From Octopus sinensis (taxonomy: Eukaryota), in the NCBI RefSeq assembly GCF_006345805.1, contig NC_042999.1, positions 6,138,001-6,202,000 on the forward strand: a DNA stretch of 64,000 bases, in the 5' to 3' direction. This document shows positions 24,875 to 36,312 of this stretch, piece by piece; positions within the stretch are counted from its first letter, which is position 1; each line of letters begins with the position of its first letter. A program made the translations under genes and the position numbers. Below the pieces are notes generated by a model. That model was not told the DNA's origin and ran no database searches. It saw only the letters and a program-made list of their open reading frames with translations.

Positions 24875-26334
24875 CAGTTTCCGTCTACCAAATCCACTCA
24901 CAAGGTTTTGGTCAGCCTGAGGCTATAGTAGAAGACACTTGCCCAAGGTGGCACACAGTGGAACTGAACCCGGATCGTGTGGTTGGTAAGCAAGCTACTT
25001 ACAACAGAAAGTTTAACAAATAACGTTTCCGCTTACCACCCAATGTTGAAAGAATGGCTTTAGCTTTTTGGAATGAAATAGATTGGCCTTCTGAATTCTT
25101 TACCACATTATCCATTAAGAACGGTCCCATGTTTCACTTGGTGCAGAAAATCATTCAAGGTTAAACCATCATCATCATTGTTTAACGTCCGCTTTTTGAA
25201 CAAGTTAACTGAGGGCTGGCGAACCAGATGGCTGCACCAGGTTCCAATCTTGATCTGGCAGAGTTTCTACAGCTGGATGCCCTTCCTAACGCCGACCACT
25301 CCGAGAGTGTAGTGGGTGCTTTTTATGTGCCACCAGCATGGGACCAGTCAGGCGGTACTGGCAACTGCCATGCTCAAATGGTGCTTTTTATGTACCACTG
25401 GTACAGGAGCCAGTCCAGTGGAACTGGCAACGACCTCGCTCAAATCAATTGAAGTATTAAAAATCTCCAGGGAAGCAATTTTTTGCGTTAACATTGCATA
25501 ATTTCCGATGTCACTCGCATTAATAGGAAGAAATCACCATTAAAGAAAATCACAGAACAAAAAAAGTCAGTTTGTAATGGGGACACCTGTTTGCTGTGGC
25601 AGGTGATTTCGACACGCAATGGGTTAACCATCTATCTATTCATGTGTGTGTCGGTGTTTGTCTCATATCACCGCTTGACAACCGGTGTTGGTCTATTTAC
25701 GTTCTTGTAACTTGGCCTGTTCAAAAAACGAAACCGATAGAATAACAGGTTTAAATAAAGATAAGTTCTGCAATCGATACATTCGACTAAAAGTTCTTCA
25801 ATGCGGTGCCCCAGCATGACCGGAATTTAATGACTGAAACAAGTAAAAAATAAAAGACAAAGAAAATTAAATCTTACGTTTCTATCATTTTTAGACGACT
25901 TCAATTTCGTGGTATAAAGGGGGTTATCTCCCCTAGACTAGAATTTATTTTTTAATAAAACTCCTAAACTGAACGTAGTTTCTATCATCATCATCATCAT
26001 CATCGTTTAACGTCCGCTTTCCATGCTAGCATGGGTTGGACGGTTCAACTGGGGTCTGGCAAGCCCGAAGGCTACACCAGGCCAGTCAGATCTGGCAGTG
26101 TTTCTACAGCTGGATGCCCTTCCTAACGCCAACCACTCCGAGAGTGTAGTGGGTGATTTTATGTGCCACCGACACAGGTGCCAGACGAGGCTGGCAGACG
26201 GCCACGCTCGGATGGTGATTTTTTATGTGCCACCGACACAGGTGCCAGACGGCCACGCTCGGATGGTGTTTTTTTATGTGCCACCGACACAGGTGCCTAG
26301 AAAAATGAATTCACACCTCCATTAATAGTTATAA

Positions 26335-26475
26335 TTCCGCCTTAGCGAAGGCGGGAGCATTGTTTTCAGTTGTGTTTGTTTGTTTGTTTGTCCGTGGACA
26401 AGATATCTCAAGAACTGCTGGATGGATTTGGCTGAAACTTTCATGACTGACACAAAGTGATTAGATTTTGGGATC
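26335..26475 (+). mobile_element. Helentron-associated (HINE/DINE-1-like) 5' fragment
   Basis: TCCGCC..GGCGGGAG start, (GTTT)n microsatellite, GGATGGATTT..GAAACTTT and GATTAGATTTTGG motifs. Confidence 0.55.
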
Positions 26476-26704
26476 GATCCGGTATGTGGCACAAGTACTT
26501 TCCGTGTGGCACCAGCACAGGTGCTGGTTACATAGCACTGGCACAGGAACTTTCTATGTAACCCCAGTAGCCAAAGGGTCACCAAGTGGTTTGGAAAGAC
26601 ATCTCAGTTGAGAGAGGGAGTATCACATGATTTCCCTCTACTGGACCGTATCAGTAGAAAGCGGTGGTCACCAAAAACGAAAAAGAAATCAAAATGCAAG
26701 TTAC

Positions 26705-26825
26705 CTTGTAAAAACTGTAGAGTTTCTTCTGTATTTACAACTTCAGCTAAATCTCCATATTGGAGCTGTTTCCCGTCACGCCCATTGGTGAGTGACACTC
26801 GGGCTAAATTTTGCACAAAAAACTC
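26705..26825 (-). CDS. CHRAC1: CHRAC1 coding exon 2 (EFFVQNLARVSLTNGRDGKQLQYGDLAEVVNTEETLQFLQ)
   Basis: Acceptor cttttaatag|GAG, donor CAAG|gtaac; 121 nt, phases 0 and 1; continues the histone fold (ELFVQ..LxYxDLA..FQFL in human). Confidence 0.93.
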
Positions 26826-27962
26826 CTATTAAAAGAAAGGACATATTTAATAAACTGAAATACCGTAATTAGATGAAAATAATTCAAAATCCGTTCATAT
26901 TATGTTCTTAAAATGTAAATTAATAAAGATTTTGTTTTTAGTGTATTTGGTAGATGGTAATTAAAAGAAGCCCATCGTATGTGTGTGTGCTTTATGATCT
27001 TGCCTTGACATCATGTATTAGCCAGGGGCATCATCATAATGCAAGCAACATCCTCTGTTTCCAGTCTGCTATAAAAGCATGCCTGGTTATGAGAAACTAT
27101 TACCTACTTGGAAACAGGTAGAGTTGGCAACAGGAGAGGCATTCATTCATGGGAAAATCTAGCTCAACAAATTCCATACAAATATGGCAAATGTTGAGGA
27201 TTCTTACTTATTACAAAGTTTGTGTTAGGAAGGTCAATGATGGGTTTTTTCAGTATTTCACACAAGGTCCTTACCCTGTAGAATTACAGCTATTTTTTTT
27301 TTAATTAAAACGGAGGTGCATGGCTTAGTGGTTAGGGTGTTTGACTCATAAGTAGTTTCAATTCCTGGAGTGGACAATGCATTGTACTCTTGAGCAAAAC
27401 ACTTGACACCAGTCCACTCAGCTGGTAAAAATGAGTCACCCTGCAACAGATCAGCATCCCATTTGTTATCATCATCATCATCACAGAGAAATATACACGC
27501 CAAAGAAATAATTGTAAAATTTAATGCAAATAGATGTTTTTAAAGCATCACTGATAATAGCTGTTAACCTTTAAGACTGGTAGAGATCATCGACCGAGAC
27601 AAACTGGAATCACAAAAACAGGTTTTGTCCTTCAGGCCAAACTAATTCTTTAATTTGGCTTCCATATCAATTCTCTGTTGATTTGTTAAAATCAGCAGGG
27701 GACACACATGTTAGACATGCTTTAGGGAGAATATTAGGAGGATTGACACCAGACATAGAGAAAACAAAATTACCTGAAGAACAAAACCTAACCCTAAATT
27801 TAGTTCTATATTTAAGAGATGAGGAATTATGTACATTATTTACATTTGACAGATATTTGTCCTGCAGTTAAGACAAAATAGCTGGTTAGTATAATTCCAT
27901 AACTACACTGTCGTGATATCATGTTAAATTCAAGACAGCAAATCTGTGGATGCCAATTTCTC

Positions 27963-28054
27963 AATTGAATAAGTAGTTCATTATTTGACGGAGAATTGAA
28001 TAAGTAGTTCGTTATTTGACGGATAATTGAATAAGTAGTTCATTATTTGACGGA
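27963..28054. repeat. 31-bp tandem repeat x3
   Basis: AATTGAATAAGTAGTTC(A/G)TTATTTGACGGA at 27963, 27994, 28025. Confidence 0.95.
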
Positions 28055-28205
28055 TATTTGTCCTCATCTTTGTTGTTAACACAACATTTCGGCTGATATA
28101 CCCTCCAGCCTTCATCAGGTGCCTTGGGGAAATTTCAAACCTGGGTTCTTATTCTTAAGGGATTTTTCAATATTATTATTATTATTCAGGTCACTGTCTG
28201 GAATC
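28045..28205 (-). mobile_element. Family D SINE 3' part containing a hammerhead motif
   Basis: Overlaps the 24744-24874 sequence from GATTCC to AACCCAGGTT, then continues into the ribozyme and tail. Confidence 0.8.
28078..28123 (-). ncRNA. Minimal type-I hammerhead ribozyme motif
   Basis: GGCAC-CUGAUGA-A-GGCUG(GAGGGUAUAU)CAGCC-GAAA-UG-UU^-GUGUU: intact core, 5-bp stem II, 5-bp stem I including two G-U pairs. Confidence 0.8.
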
Positions 28206-29128
28206 AAACAAGATGAGGACAAATATCCGTCAAACATAAATAATGTAAAACCTAAATTGATCAAGAAATGATGAGACGAAATCAGGAGGAAAAAATACAA
28301 TCCTGTCTTAGAGTTATTGGAACACTGATTGTTAGTTGGTGTGTGTGTATGCCTTTTGGCAATCAAAAGAGAAAGGTGTATGCATGTCTGTAACTTGCCA
28401 GCCTCGCCTGGCCCCCATGCCGGTGGCACGTAAAAACACCATCCGTTTGTGGCCATTTGCCAGCTCTGTCTGGCACCTGCAGGTGGCATATAAAAAGCAC
28501 CCACTACACTCACAGAGTGGTTGGCGTTAGGAAGGGCATCCAGCCGTAGAAACACTGCCAAATCTGACTGGGCCTGATGAAGCCTTCCGGCTTCACAGAC
28601 CCCAGTTAAACCGTCCAACCCATGCTAGCATGGAAAACAGACGCTAAATGATGATGATCTAATTTACCAATAATTAAATATTTCAATTTCAAATTAGAAT
28701 TGCTATATTTAAATCAGTAATTCATTGATATCATTATGGAAAGGGACGAGGGCCACAAGTTTCCATTCTGTAAACCAGTGGTTTTCAGTCAGGGTCCACG
28801 TAACTCCTAGTGGTCTCATAAGATTTTGGGGGCTCTACAGAAGCAAAATAAACTGGGGATCCACAATAGTTTTCTTAAGGGTTCATGGAAAAATTTAGAT
28901 GTATTTATTGATTCATTGCAAGAGACAGCAACGTTTCTTTCTCTCGTGTTTTACATAGGCACAGGAGTGGCTGTGTGGTAAGTAGCTTGCTAACCAACCA
29001 CATGGTTCCAGGTTCAGTCCCACTGCGTGGCATCTTGGCCAAGTGTCTTCTGCTATAGCCCCGGGCCGACCAATGCCTTGTGAGTGGATTTGGTAGATGG
29101 AAACTGAAAGAAGCCTGTCATATATATG

Positions 29129-29165
<37 letters not shown>

Positions 29166-30526
29166 ATATGTTTGTGTCTGTGTTTGTCCCCCTAGCATTG
29201 CTTGATAACCGATGCTGGTGTTTACGTCCCCGTCACTTAGCGGTTCGGCAAAAAGAGACCGATAGAATAAGTACTGGGCTTACAAAGAATAAGTCCCGGG
29301 GTCGATTTGCTCGACTAAAGGCGGTGCTCCAGCATGGCCGCAGTCAAATGACTGAAACAAGTAAAAGAGTAAAAGAGCAAAAGAGAGTCCAACATATTTT
29401 CACCCACTGAAATATGTTCCCTCAGAGAGGGTCATCTCAGACTTACACAAGTGAACGTGTGAAAAACAAAACAGGAATTTTGAAAGAAGTATCCATAAAA
29501 CTAGATTTTAAACACAGAATGGGGCACAACGTCGGTATAAGTACCGGATACATTTCAAGAAAGTGTTTTTTTATATATATGGGGGGTTTGTGTTAGGGTT
29601 ATGGATGGAAGAAAAGGGTTTCTGTTATCTTCAGAAATGTAAACAAAGCCACGTGTGTACTTATACCGAAGGATCCACCAGAATAAAATAGTAATCAAAG
29701 GGGTCCATAGATGAAAAATGGATGAGAACTCGTGCTGTAAACCAAAACACGCGGATGTAGAGCAATAAATAACAACAGATTTGATTGCAAAAGGAAGTAA
29801 ATTCATTTATTTTGGAGTTAGTTTTGGCTTACTGAAGTCTCGGTTTACGAATTTAATTCATTCTTGAAAGCCGTTCGCTACTTGAAATGTTTTTCTTATA
29901 GGGAATTTAAGAGAAGGTACGGCAAACTCGAACCAAGTGATGTAAATTGAGTGAAAGCTAGACAACAACTGACGCTTTTCCGCAAATATAAACTCCAAGC
30001 TTCTTTCGCCAACCGTTGTTGCTGACTTATGTGTTCGTTATTCGAGACACTGTTCGTGATGAGAAGTGTTCGTAAACGAAGGTTCCACTGTGAATATATA
30101 TTGAGGCTTGCGTTGATGGAGATATGGAAGTTTCTGGCAATAAATACACATTCAGTAGTTACCAGCGACTGATGGAATGGTGAGAATAAATAGAAATATT
30201 CGGCCGAAACGATGCCAAAATAATAAGGAAAACTGGAAAGATTAATTTAACAAAAGGAGCTAATGGTAACCAAAAAAAAACACTAAACAGAGAGAAAGCA
30301 AAGTATTTTAGTGTCAACATTTCAGTTTATTTTTTCCACCTTTTAATTAATGTCTAAAACTTAATGAGGTTTTGTTCAGCGAGGGTTCAATATAAAATAA
30401 ATGATAGGGATTTGCACTGAGGGGACTAAATATCGGGTACAGCCCTTCGCCGAATGGTTCCTGGGTTATTTTAGAAAAATACTTGGGCAGTAAAGGCTTG
30501 AAAATAATGAATATGATATATTACAG

Positions 30527-30799
30527 GGTACTACTTGAGAACAGTGGTCCCGGTGCGCGCACTCGCGCCAGCTAGTCATGACTAGTCGATCCTTTGTGTT
30601 TTTGTTATTTACTTTCTTTAAAAAAATTTTTACTTTGTATTTTTGTGTTTTATTTACTTTGTTTAACAAAAATTATTTATTTTGTGTTTTATTTACTTTG
30701 CCAGGAGAGTCGTTGTAGGATCGACTAGTCACGACTAGCTAGCGCGGATGCGCTACTACGCGAGTGCGCGCACCGGGACCCCTGTTCGCTAGTGGTACC
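30527..30799. mobile_element. Non-autonomous element with GC-rich long inverted termini, in CHRAC1 intron 1
   Basis: GGTCCCGGTGCGCGCACTCGCG..GACTAGTCGATCCT mirrored at the right end; T-rich interior. Confidence 0.75.
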
Positions 30800-30983
30800 G
30801 ATATGGGTTATATTACAGGTGGTTCTGAAGGTGTTTGAAATATAAAAGTGAAAATGGTTAATTATTTAACGCAAACGAATCGAGGAATGTTTATGAAATA
30901 AAAACTTAGTCACATCATCGCTGCGTGAAATACAAAGAATAAATGGTGTCTTTTATGCGGAATGAATGGGTTTTAGACTTTAC

Positions 30984-31103
30984 CGTTGCTTTTCCCGTTA
31001 GAAAAAGGGCTTCTTGACTGATACTGGAAACATCTGGGGAACTTTTCATTATTGTTTTGACGCGAGAAAGCGGCAAAGCACAAAGACTGTTCTTGTCTGC
31101 CAT
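30984..31103 (-). CDS. CHRAC1: CHRAC1 coding exon 1 (MADKNSLCALPLSRVKTIMKSSPDVSSISQEALFLTGKAT)
   Basis: ATG at 31103; 40 codons matching the recalled CHRAC1 motif LPLSR(I/V)xxIMKSSP(E/D)VSSIxQEAL; phase-0 donor ACG|GTAAAG. Confidence 0.93.
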
Positions 31104-31330
31104 TATTGGAAGCGGCGAGATCAAAATCACACACAATACCGCTGCTGGCGAAGCAGCCAATCAGAGCCGCGGTTACGATATTACTGCTGCACGAACGACC
31201 AATCAGAACAGCGGTAATAATACCACGGTTTGCGGGCGGAACAACCAGCCAGGACCGCAGTAACTATGGCAATCACGTGACTAACGTGTAAACTTTGGGA
31301 GGATTTTTCCCGGAGTTTTTTCGCGGAATT
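31104..31330 (-). promoter_or_regulatory. CHRAC1 5' UTR and proximal promoter
   Basis: Locally CpG-rich; CCAAT 31157-61 and 31199-203, GGGCGG 31234-39, TCACGTGA 31273-80, TTTTCGCGG near 31318-26. Confidence 0.7.
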
Positions 31331-31375
31331 TCCACGTTTCTGGTTCTTTGGAAACGTCCACGGAACAAGATTAGA

Positions 31376-32335
31376 CCTTACCTGCACAAGTTTGCACACA
31401 CCATCGACTTTGTTTCCTCATATCTTCCAGAAAAATGGATATTTTTTAATGAATTTTTTTTTACAAATCTGCTTCAGATGGTGTAGATTCCGATTATATG
31501 GGAATTTGTTGTGAAAGGATTTTTCCGAGGGTGATGGGTTTCGGAAAATTCACAGGAGTCGGTTTTTTCTTCACTCGTAACTATCAGAAAAATAAGTAAT
31601 TTATTATCTTTCAGGGTGTGTAGCCTTACCTACACAAGTGCACACACCACCGACTTTGTTTCCTCATATCTTCCAGAAAAATTGGTATTTTTTAATGAAT
31701 TTTTTACAGGAGTGGCTGTGTGGTAAGTAGCTTGCTTACCAACCACATGGTTCCGGGTTCAGTCCCACTGCGTGGCACCTTGGGCAAGTGTCTTCTGCTA
31801 TAGCCTCGGGCCGACCAATGCCTTGTGAGTGGATTTGGTAGACGGAAACTGAAAAAAGCCCGTTGTATATATGTATAATTGTGTGTGTGTATATGTTTGT
31901 GTGTCTGTTTGCTCCCCCAACATTGCTTGACAACCGATGCTGGTGTGTTTACGTCCCCGTCACTTAGCGGTTCGGCAAAAGAACCGATACAATAAGTACT
32001 AGGCTTACAAAGAACAAGTCCTGTGGTCGATTTGATCGACTAAATGTGGTGCTCCAGCATGGCCGCAGTCAAATGACTGAAACAAGTAAAAGAGTAAGAA
32101 GTAAATAGTAAATCCGCTTCAGTTGGTGTAGATTCCGATTATATGGGAATTTGTTGTGAAAAGATTTTTCCGAGGGTGATGGGTTTCGGAAAATTCACAG
32201 GAGTCGGTTTTTTCTTCACTCGTAACTTATCAGAAAAATGGGTAATCTATTATCTTTCAGAGTGAGTAGATTACGATTATATCGAAATTTGATGTGAAAA
32301 GGAAAATGGGGAACATACAGACACACATCACGTTT
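31376..32335. repeat. Tandem duplication of a ~250-bp non-autonomous DNA-element unit; second unit split by a family B SINE; inverted relative at ~32625-32880
   Basis: CACACC..GACTTTGTTTCCTCATATCTTCCAGAAAA and GGTGTAGATTCCGATTATATGGGAATTTG each occur twice. Confidence 0.75.
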
Positions 32336-32360
32336 CATTTTGGAGATATCTGAGATGTGT

Positions 32361-32554
32361 GACTAGTCGATCCTTACTTTGTGTTTTATTTACCTTGTTT
32401 TAAAAAATTATTTACTTTGTGTAAAAAATTATTTATTTTGTGTTTTATTTTCTTTGCTGGGTAGTCGTTGTAGGATCGACTAGTCACGACTATCTAAAGC
32501 GGATGCGCGAATACGCGAGTGCGCGCACCGGGACCACTCTTCTTAAATAGTACC
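32361..32554. mobile_element. Left-truncated second copy of the 30527-30799 element
   Basis: Same interior and right end; flanked by AGATGTGT repeats (32353-60, 32555-62). Confidence 0.75.
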
Positions 32555-33229
32555 AGATGTGTATGAGTATGTATGTGTGCGAGCTTAACATTTTTTTTTC
32601 CATTTTAAATTCCGGTATAATCATAATCTACACACCCTGAAAGGTATTTGTAGAAGATTTCATTAAAAAATTTCCAAATTTCTGAAAGTTATGAGGAAAT
32701 AAAGCTGACGAAACTCTTCTACCTACTCGCGGATTTTTTTCCTTTTCCACCCCCAAATTCCCATATAATCAAACTACACCATTTGAAGCGAATTTTTAGG
32801 AAATTTTCATTAAGAAACATCCATTTTTCCGAAAGTGATGAGAAAAGGAAATCAGGAAGTGCACCCACTTGTGTAGGTATGCCTTCTTTTGATGGTTGAG
32901 AGTTTATTTTATCGACTCTGAAAGGATGAAAGGCTAAGTTAACCTTAGCAGGATTTGAACTCATAAAGAGCTGGAAGAAATGTTGCTAAGCATTTTGTCT
33001 GGTACACTAATGATTCTGCCAGGCACACACACGCATTCAGAGGTAATGATAGTATATATGTATAGAGAGAGGGGGGAGGAATTAATTTTTCTCCAAGTAA
33101 GCATTAAAGATTAGTAACTAGAATAATTATAATCCTCTTTCAAGGTACAAAACTAAATTGTTTATTAAATATCTGTAACAAATTAAAAAAATACACTTAT
33201 GAACCACAACTTTATATTTTTCTACTTTA

Positions 33230-34460
33230 CGGTTGAGAGGAAACTGGAGGAAGAAGAAACAAGAGCAAGGTTTGAGGAGAGATTTGGGGAGTTGGTAAGC
33301 ATTGATGCACAGGATTTGTGGGAGTCTTTTAAAGAAGGGGTACTAAAGGCATGTGACAAAGTGTGTGGAAGGACGGAGGGTAGGAGAGGTCGAGGAGATA
33401 TGTGGTGGTGGAATGAGGAAGTGAGGGATGCGATAGCAAGGAAGGAGGAGGTGCACAAAACTATATGTAATAATAGGAGGGAGCAAATGAAAACCAGGTA
33501 TTATAACAGGAAGAATTGTGCAAAGAGGGTGGTTGCGAGATCCTATGAAGAAGGAGGTTGAGCTGAGATAGAGTGTTTAGGTTTATTAAATCAATGAAAA
33601 AAGATGGAAGAGATGTTGAGGAAGGAAGATGCATGAATTGAGGGGGGGATGGAAGGTTGAATTTTAGTGAGAAGGACAGGGGAAGAGTTTGGAAGGAGCA
33701 TATGAAGGGAATTATGAATGGGCGGAAGTTGCTGTGGTGAAGGGGCCAGTGGAGAGGGTTAGTCGGGAAGAAGTAGTGGAGGCAATGAAGGAAATGAAAA
33801 GAGGAAAGGGCAGCTGATCCATCAGAAGTAAGCGTGGAAATGATAACTGCAAGTGGAGAGATAGGGATTGTTGTGATAGTGGAGCTCTGCCAGGGTGTGC
33901 TGGGTGGAAGAGGAATGCCAGGGGACTGGACACTAAGTGTGGTGGTACCGATCTTCAAGGGGAAGGGGAATGCGATGAGTTATGGGGGCGTATAGGGGAG
34001 TGAAGTTATTGGAGCATGCAATGAAGATTGCGGAAAGGGTGTCGGAGAGGAGAATTCGGAAAGGGGTGGATGTGGATGAAATGCAATTTGGTTTTATGCC
34101 AGGAAGCAAGGACAATGGATGCCGTGCTCATTATGAGGAGATTGCAGGAGGAATATCAAGATAAGGAGAAAGAGTTGTACATGTGCTTCATTGATCTGGA
34201 GAAGGCATTTGATAGGGTCCCAAGGAAGGTGACTGAGTGGGCATTGAGGAAGAGAGGTGTACTAGAGGTAATAGTGAGGGCAGTGATGAGTTAGTATGAA
34301 GGGTTACAATTGGATCAGAGCTGTCGGAGGAGTTTGCAGTGAAAGTGAGTGTGCATCAGGGATCTGTGCTGTCCCTGCCGTAGTTGCAATAGTGGTTGAT
34401 GTGGTGACAGAGAGTGCAAGAGAGGGATTGATAATGGAGATAATGTATGCGGATGCCTAG
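33230..34460 (+). mobile_element. Decayed RTE-clade RT fragment
   Basis: WWWNEEV, YRGVKLLEHAMK, QFGFMPG, CFIDLEKAFDRVPR, HQGSVL and degenerate MYADA*, across several frameshifts. Confidence 0.85.
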
Positions 34461-35129
34461 CACTCTAACAGAAACTAGCATCTTCTGTGGTCTTGACACA
34501 TGGCACAAAATGAAAACCAACTTCCTTGGAATTATTGGTGGTCTTTGTGGAAATGAAGAGCTTTTAATTCTTAGCAAAGTTAATCCATGTTCATCAGATG
34601 AATTCAGAAAAAAAAAACACAGACACAACTTCTTTAACCCTCCCAGACTTGGGCTCCTGTGTCTAACTTTCCCCTCCATCTGGACTCTTGAGCAAAATAA
34701 TAAACAGTTGTATGTACAGTTCAAGAGTAATGATTGCAGGTAAAATAATGGACAGAATCACAAAATACCTCAGCAGAATAACAATAATAAGGCCTTTCTC
34801 TCAACGACCATATTTGTTAGGCAAACTAATGGACAGAATCGCAAAATAATTCAGGAGAATAACAATAAAAGGCCTTCCTCTCAGCTATTGTATTTGTTCA
34901 CCCGAATCGCTACTTTCCGCAAATATAAACTCTTCATCTAAAGCATAGGTTCTCCAGGTGGGTGCTACCAAACCCCCTGCTCCTGCCCCGGTGGGCGTTA
35001 AGACAGTCCAGATGGGCGCTGGTGCCTAAGGGGACGGTAGAGAAAAAGGAGGCGTTGGGAGGAAGGCAGTGGATTGGGGGACGCTATGAATTTATTATAA
35101 TATTATTATAGTATTGTATACAAATTATA

Positions 35130-35660
35130 TATAGATGTTTTCGATCTAATTTGGATTCTTTGCCATCAAATTTGAATCTTTTAATTGGTGCTCAAGCCTG
35201 GAAAAAAAAAGAGAGTTAAACTACATCAGCCGTAAGGGAATATATGTCTATCTTATCTAACTCGTCCAGTAGAGCCCACCAATTGATATCTGAAAAGTTC
35301 GATGAAATAACTCATGAACACTGTGATAGCTTCTACCAAAAGATACGTCGACGGTCTGAACAAGGGGAGATAATAAACGAATGATTCTGTTTCTATTATC
35401 TCCCCTTGTTCAGACCGTCGACGAATCTTTTGGTAGAAGCTATCACAGTGTTCAGGAGTTATTTCATCGAACTTTTCAGATATCAATTGGTGGGCTCTAC
35501 TGGACGAGTTAGATAAGATAGACCTGTATTCCCTTACGGCTGATGTAGTTTAACTCTCTTTTTTTTTCAAGGCTTCAGCACCAATTGAAAAATTCAAATT
35601 TGATTGCAAAGAATTCAAATTTAATGGCAAAGGCTCCAAACTAGATCGAAAACATCTATA
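35130..35660. repeat. ~530-bp near-perfect palindrome
   Basis: Arms mirror each other to a centre at ~35383; the right arm carries an extra ~21-nt duplication. Confidence 0.95.
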
Positions 35661-36092
35661 ATATTATATTAAGTATCAAATGATTCATAGTATATATATA
35701 AATTAGCAAAATATAAAATATTTATTTATACATAAAACTAGGGGTGGAGTGCTAAGGGTATTATGGGGGGAGGGGGCAGTGGCCCAAAAATTTGAGAACC
35801 TCTGATCTAAAGAATAAATATCATGAATAATTTTCATCAACTGCAAAGATTCTAAGCCTCGCTCGTTTACAAGACGAAGTGCAGGGTTCAACACATACTC
35901 GCTTCATTGCAAAATCAGTTTTTATCAATTAAAAATAAAACAACAGCCATGATGGAAACCATAAACAATGAGTTATAAACACACTTGACTACAAAGCTTG
36001 AATGTAATCAGTTGTCTATTTTTGGTATTTTATCTTTTTTTTTACGTGTGATATTCATTATGATTTTACTGGGAATCCAGCAGAGATGACAT

Positions 36093-36312
36093 TTAACCCT
36101 TTCGTTACTGTATTTATTTTGAGATGCTCTGTGTTTCTTTAAATTAATTTTAAATATATTAAAGAATTTAGTAAAATAACTTAGTTCTCATTAATCTAGT
36201 GTTAGGAACATAAATTATGACTAAGGCTTGGTGGAAGATTTTAATTCAAAACTTATGAAAACAAGACATTTGTACTACAGAGCCAGAGCTGGGTTGGTAA
36301 CGAAAGGGTTAA
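36093..36312. mobile_element. piggyBac-type MITE
   Basis: TTAA|CCCTTTCGTTAC ... GTAACGAAAGGG|TTAA. Confidence 0.85.

Noticed and set aside
27963-28054. CRISPR-like look of the 31-bp repeats (and of the 39-40-kb array)
   Set aside because: No unique spacers or cas genes; eukaryotic context
31104-31160. N-terminal extension MAASPAAV.. of the 30915..31160 ORF
   Set aside because: Starts at TTG in the presumed 5' UTR; homology begins at the ATG at 31103
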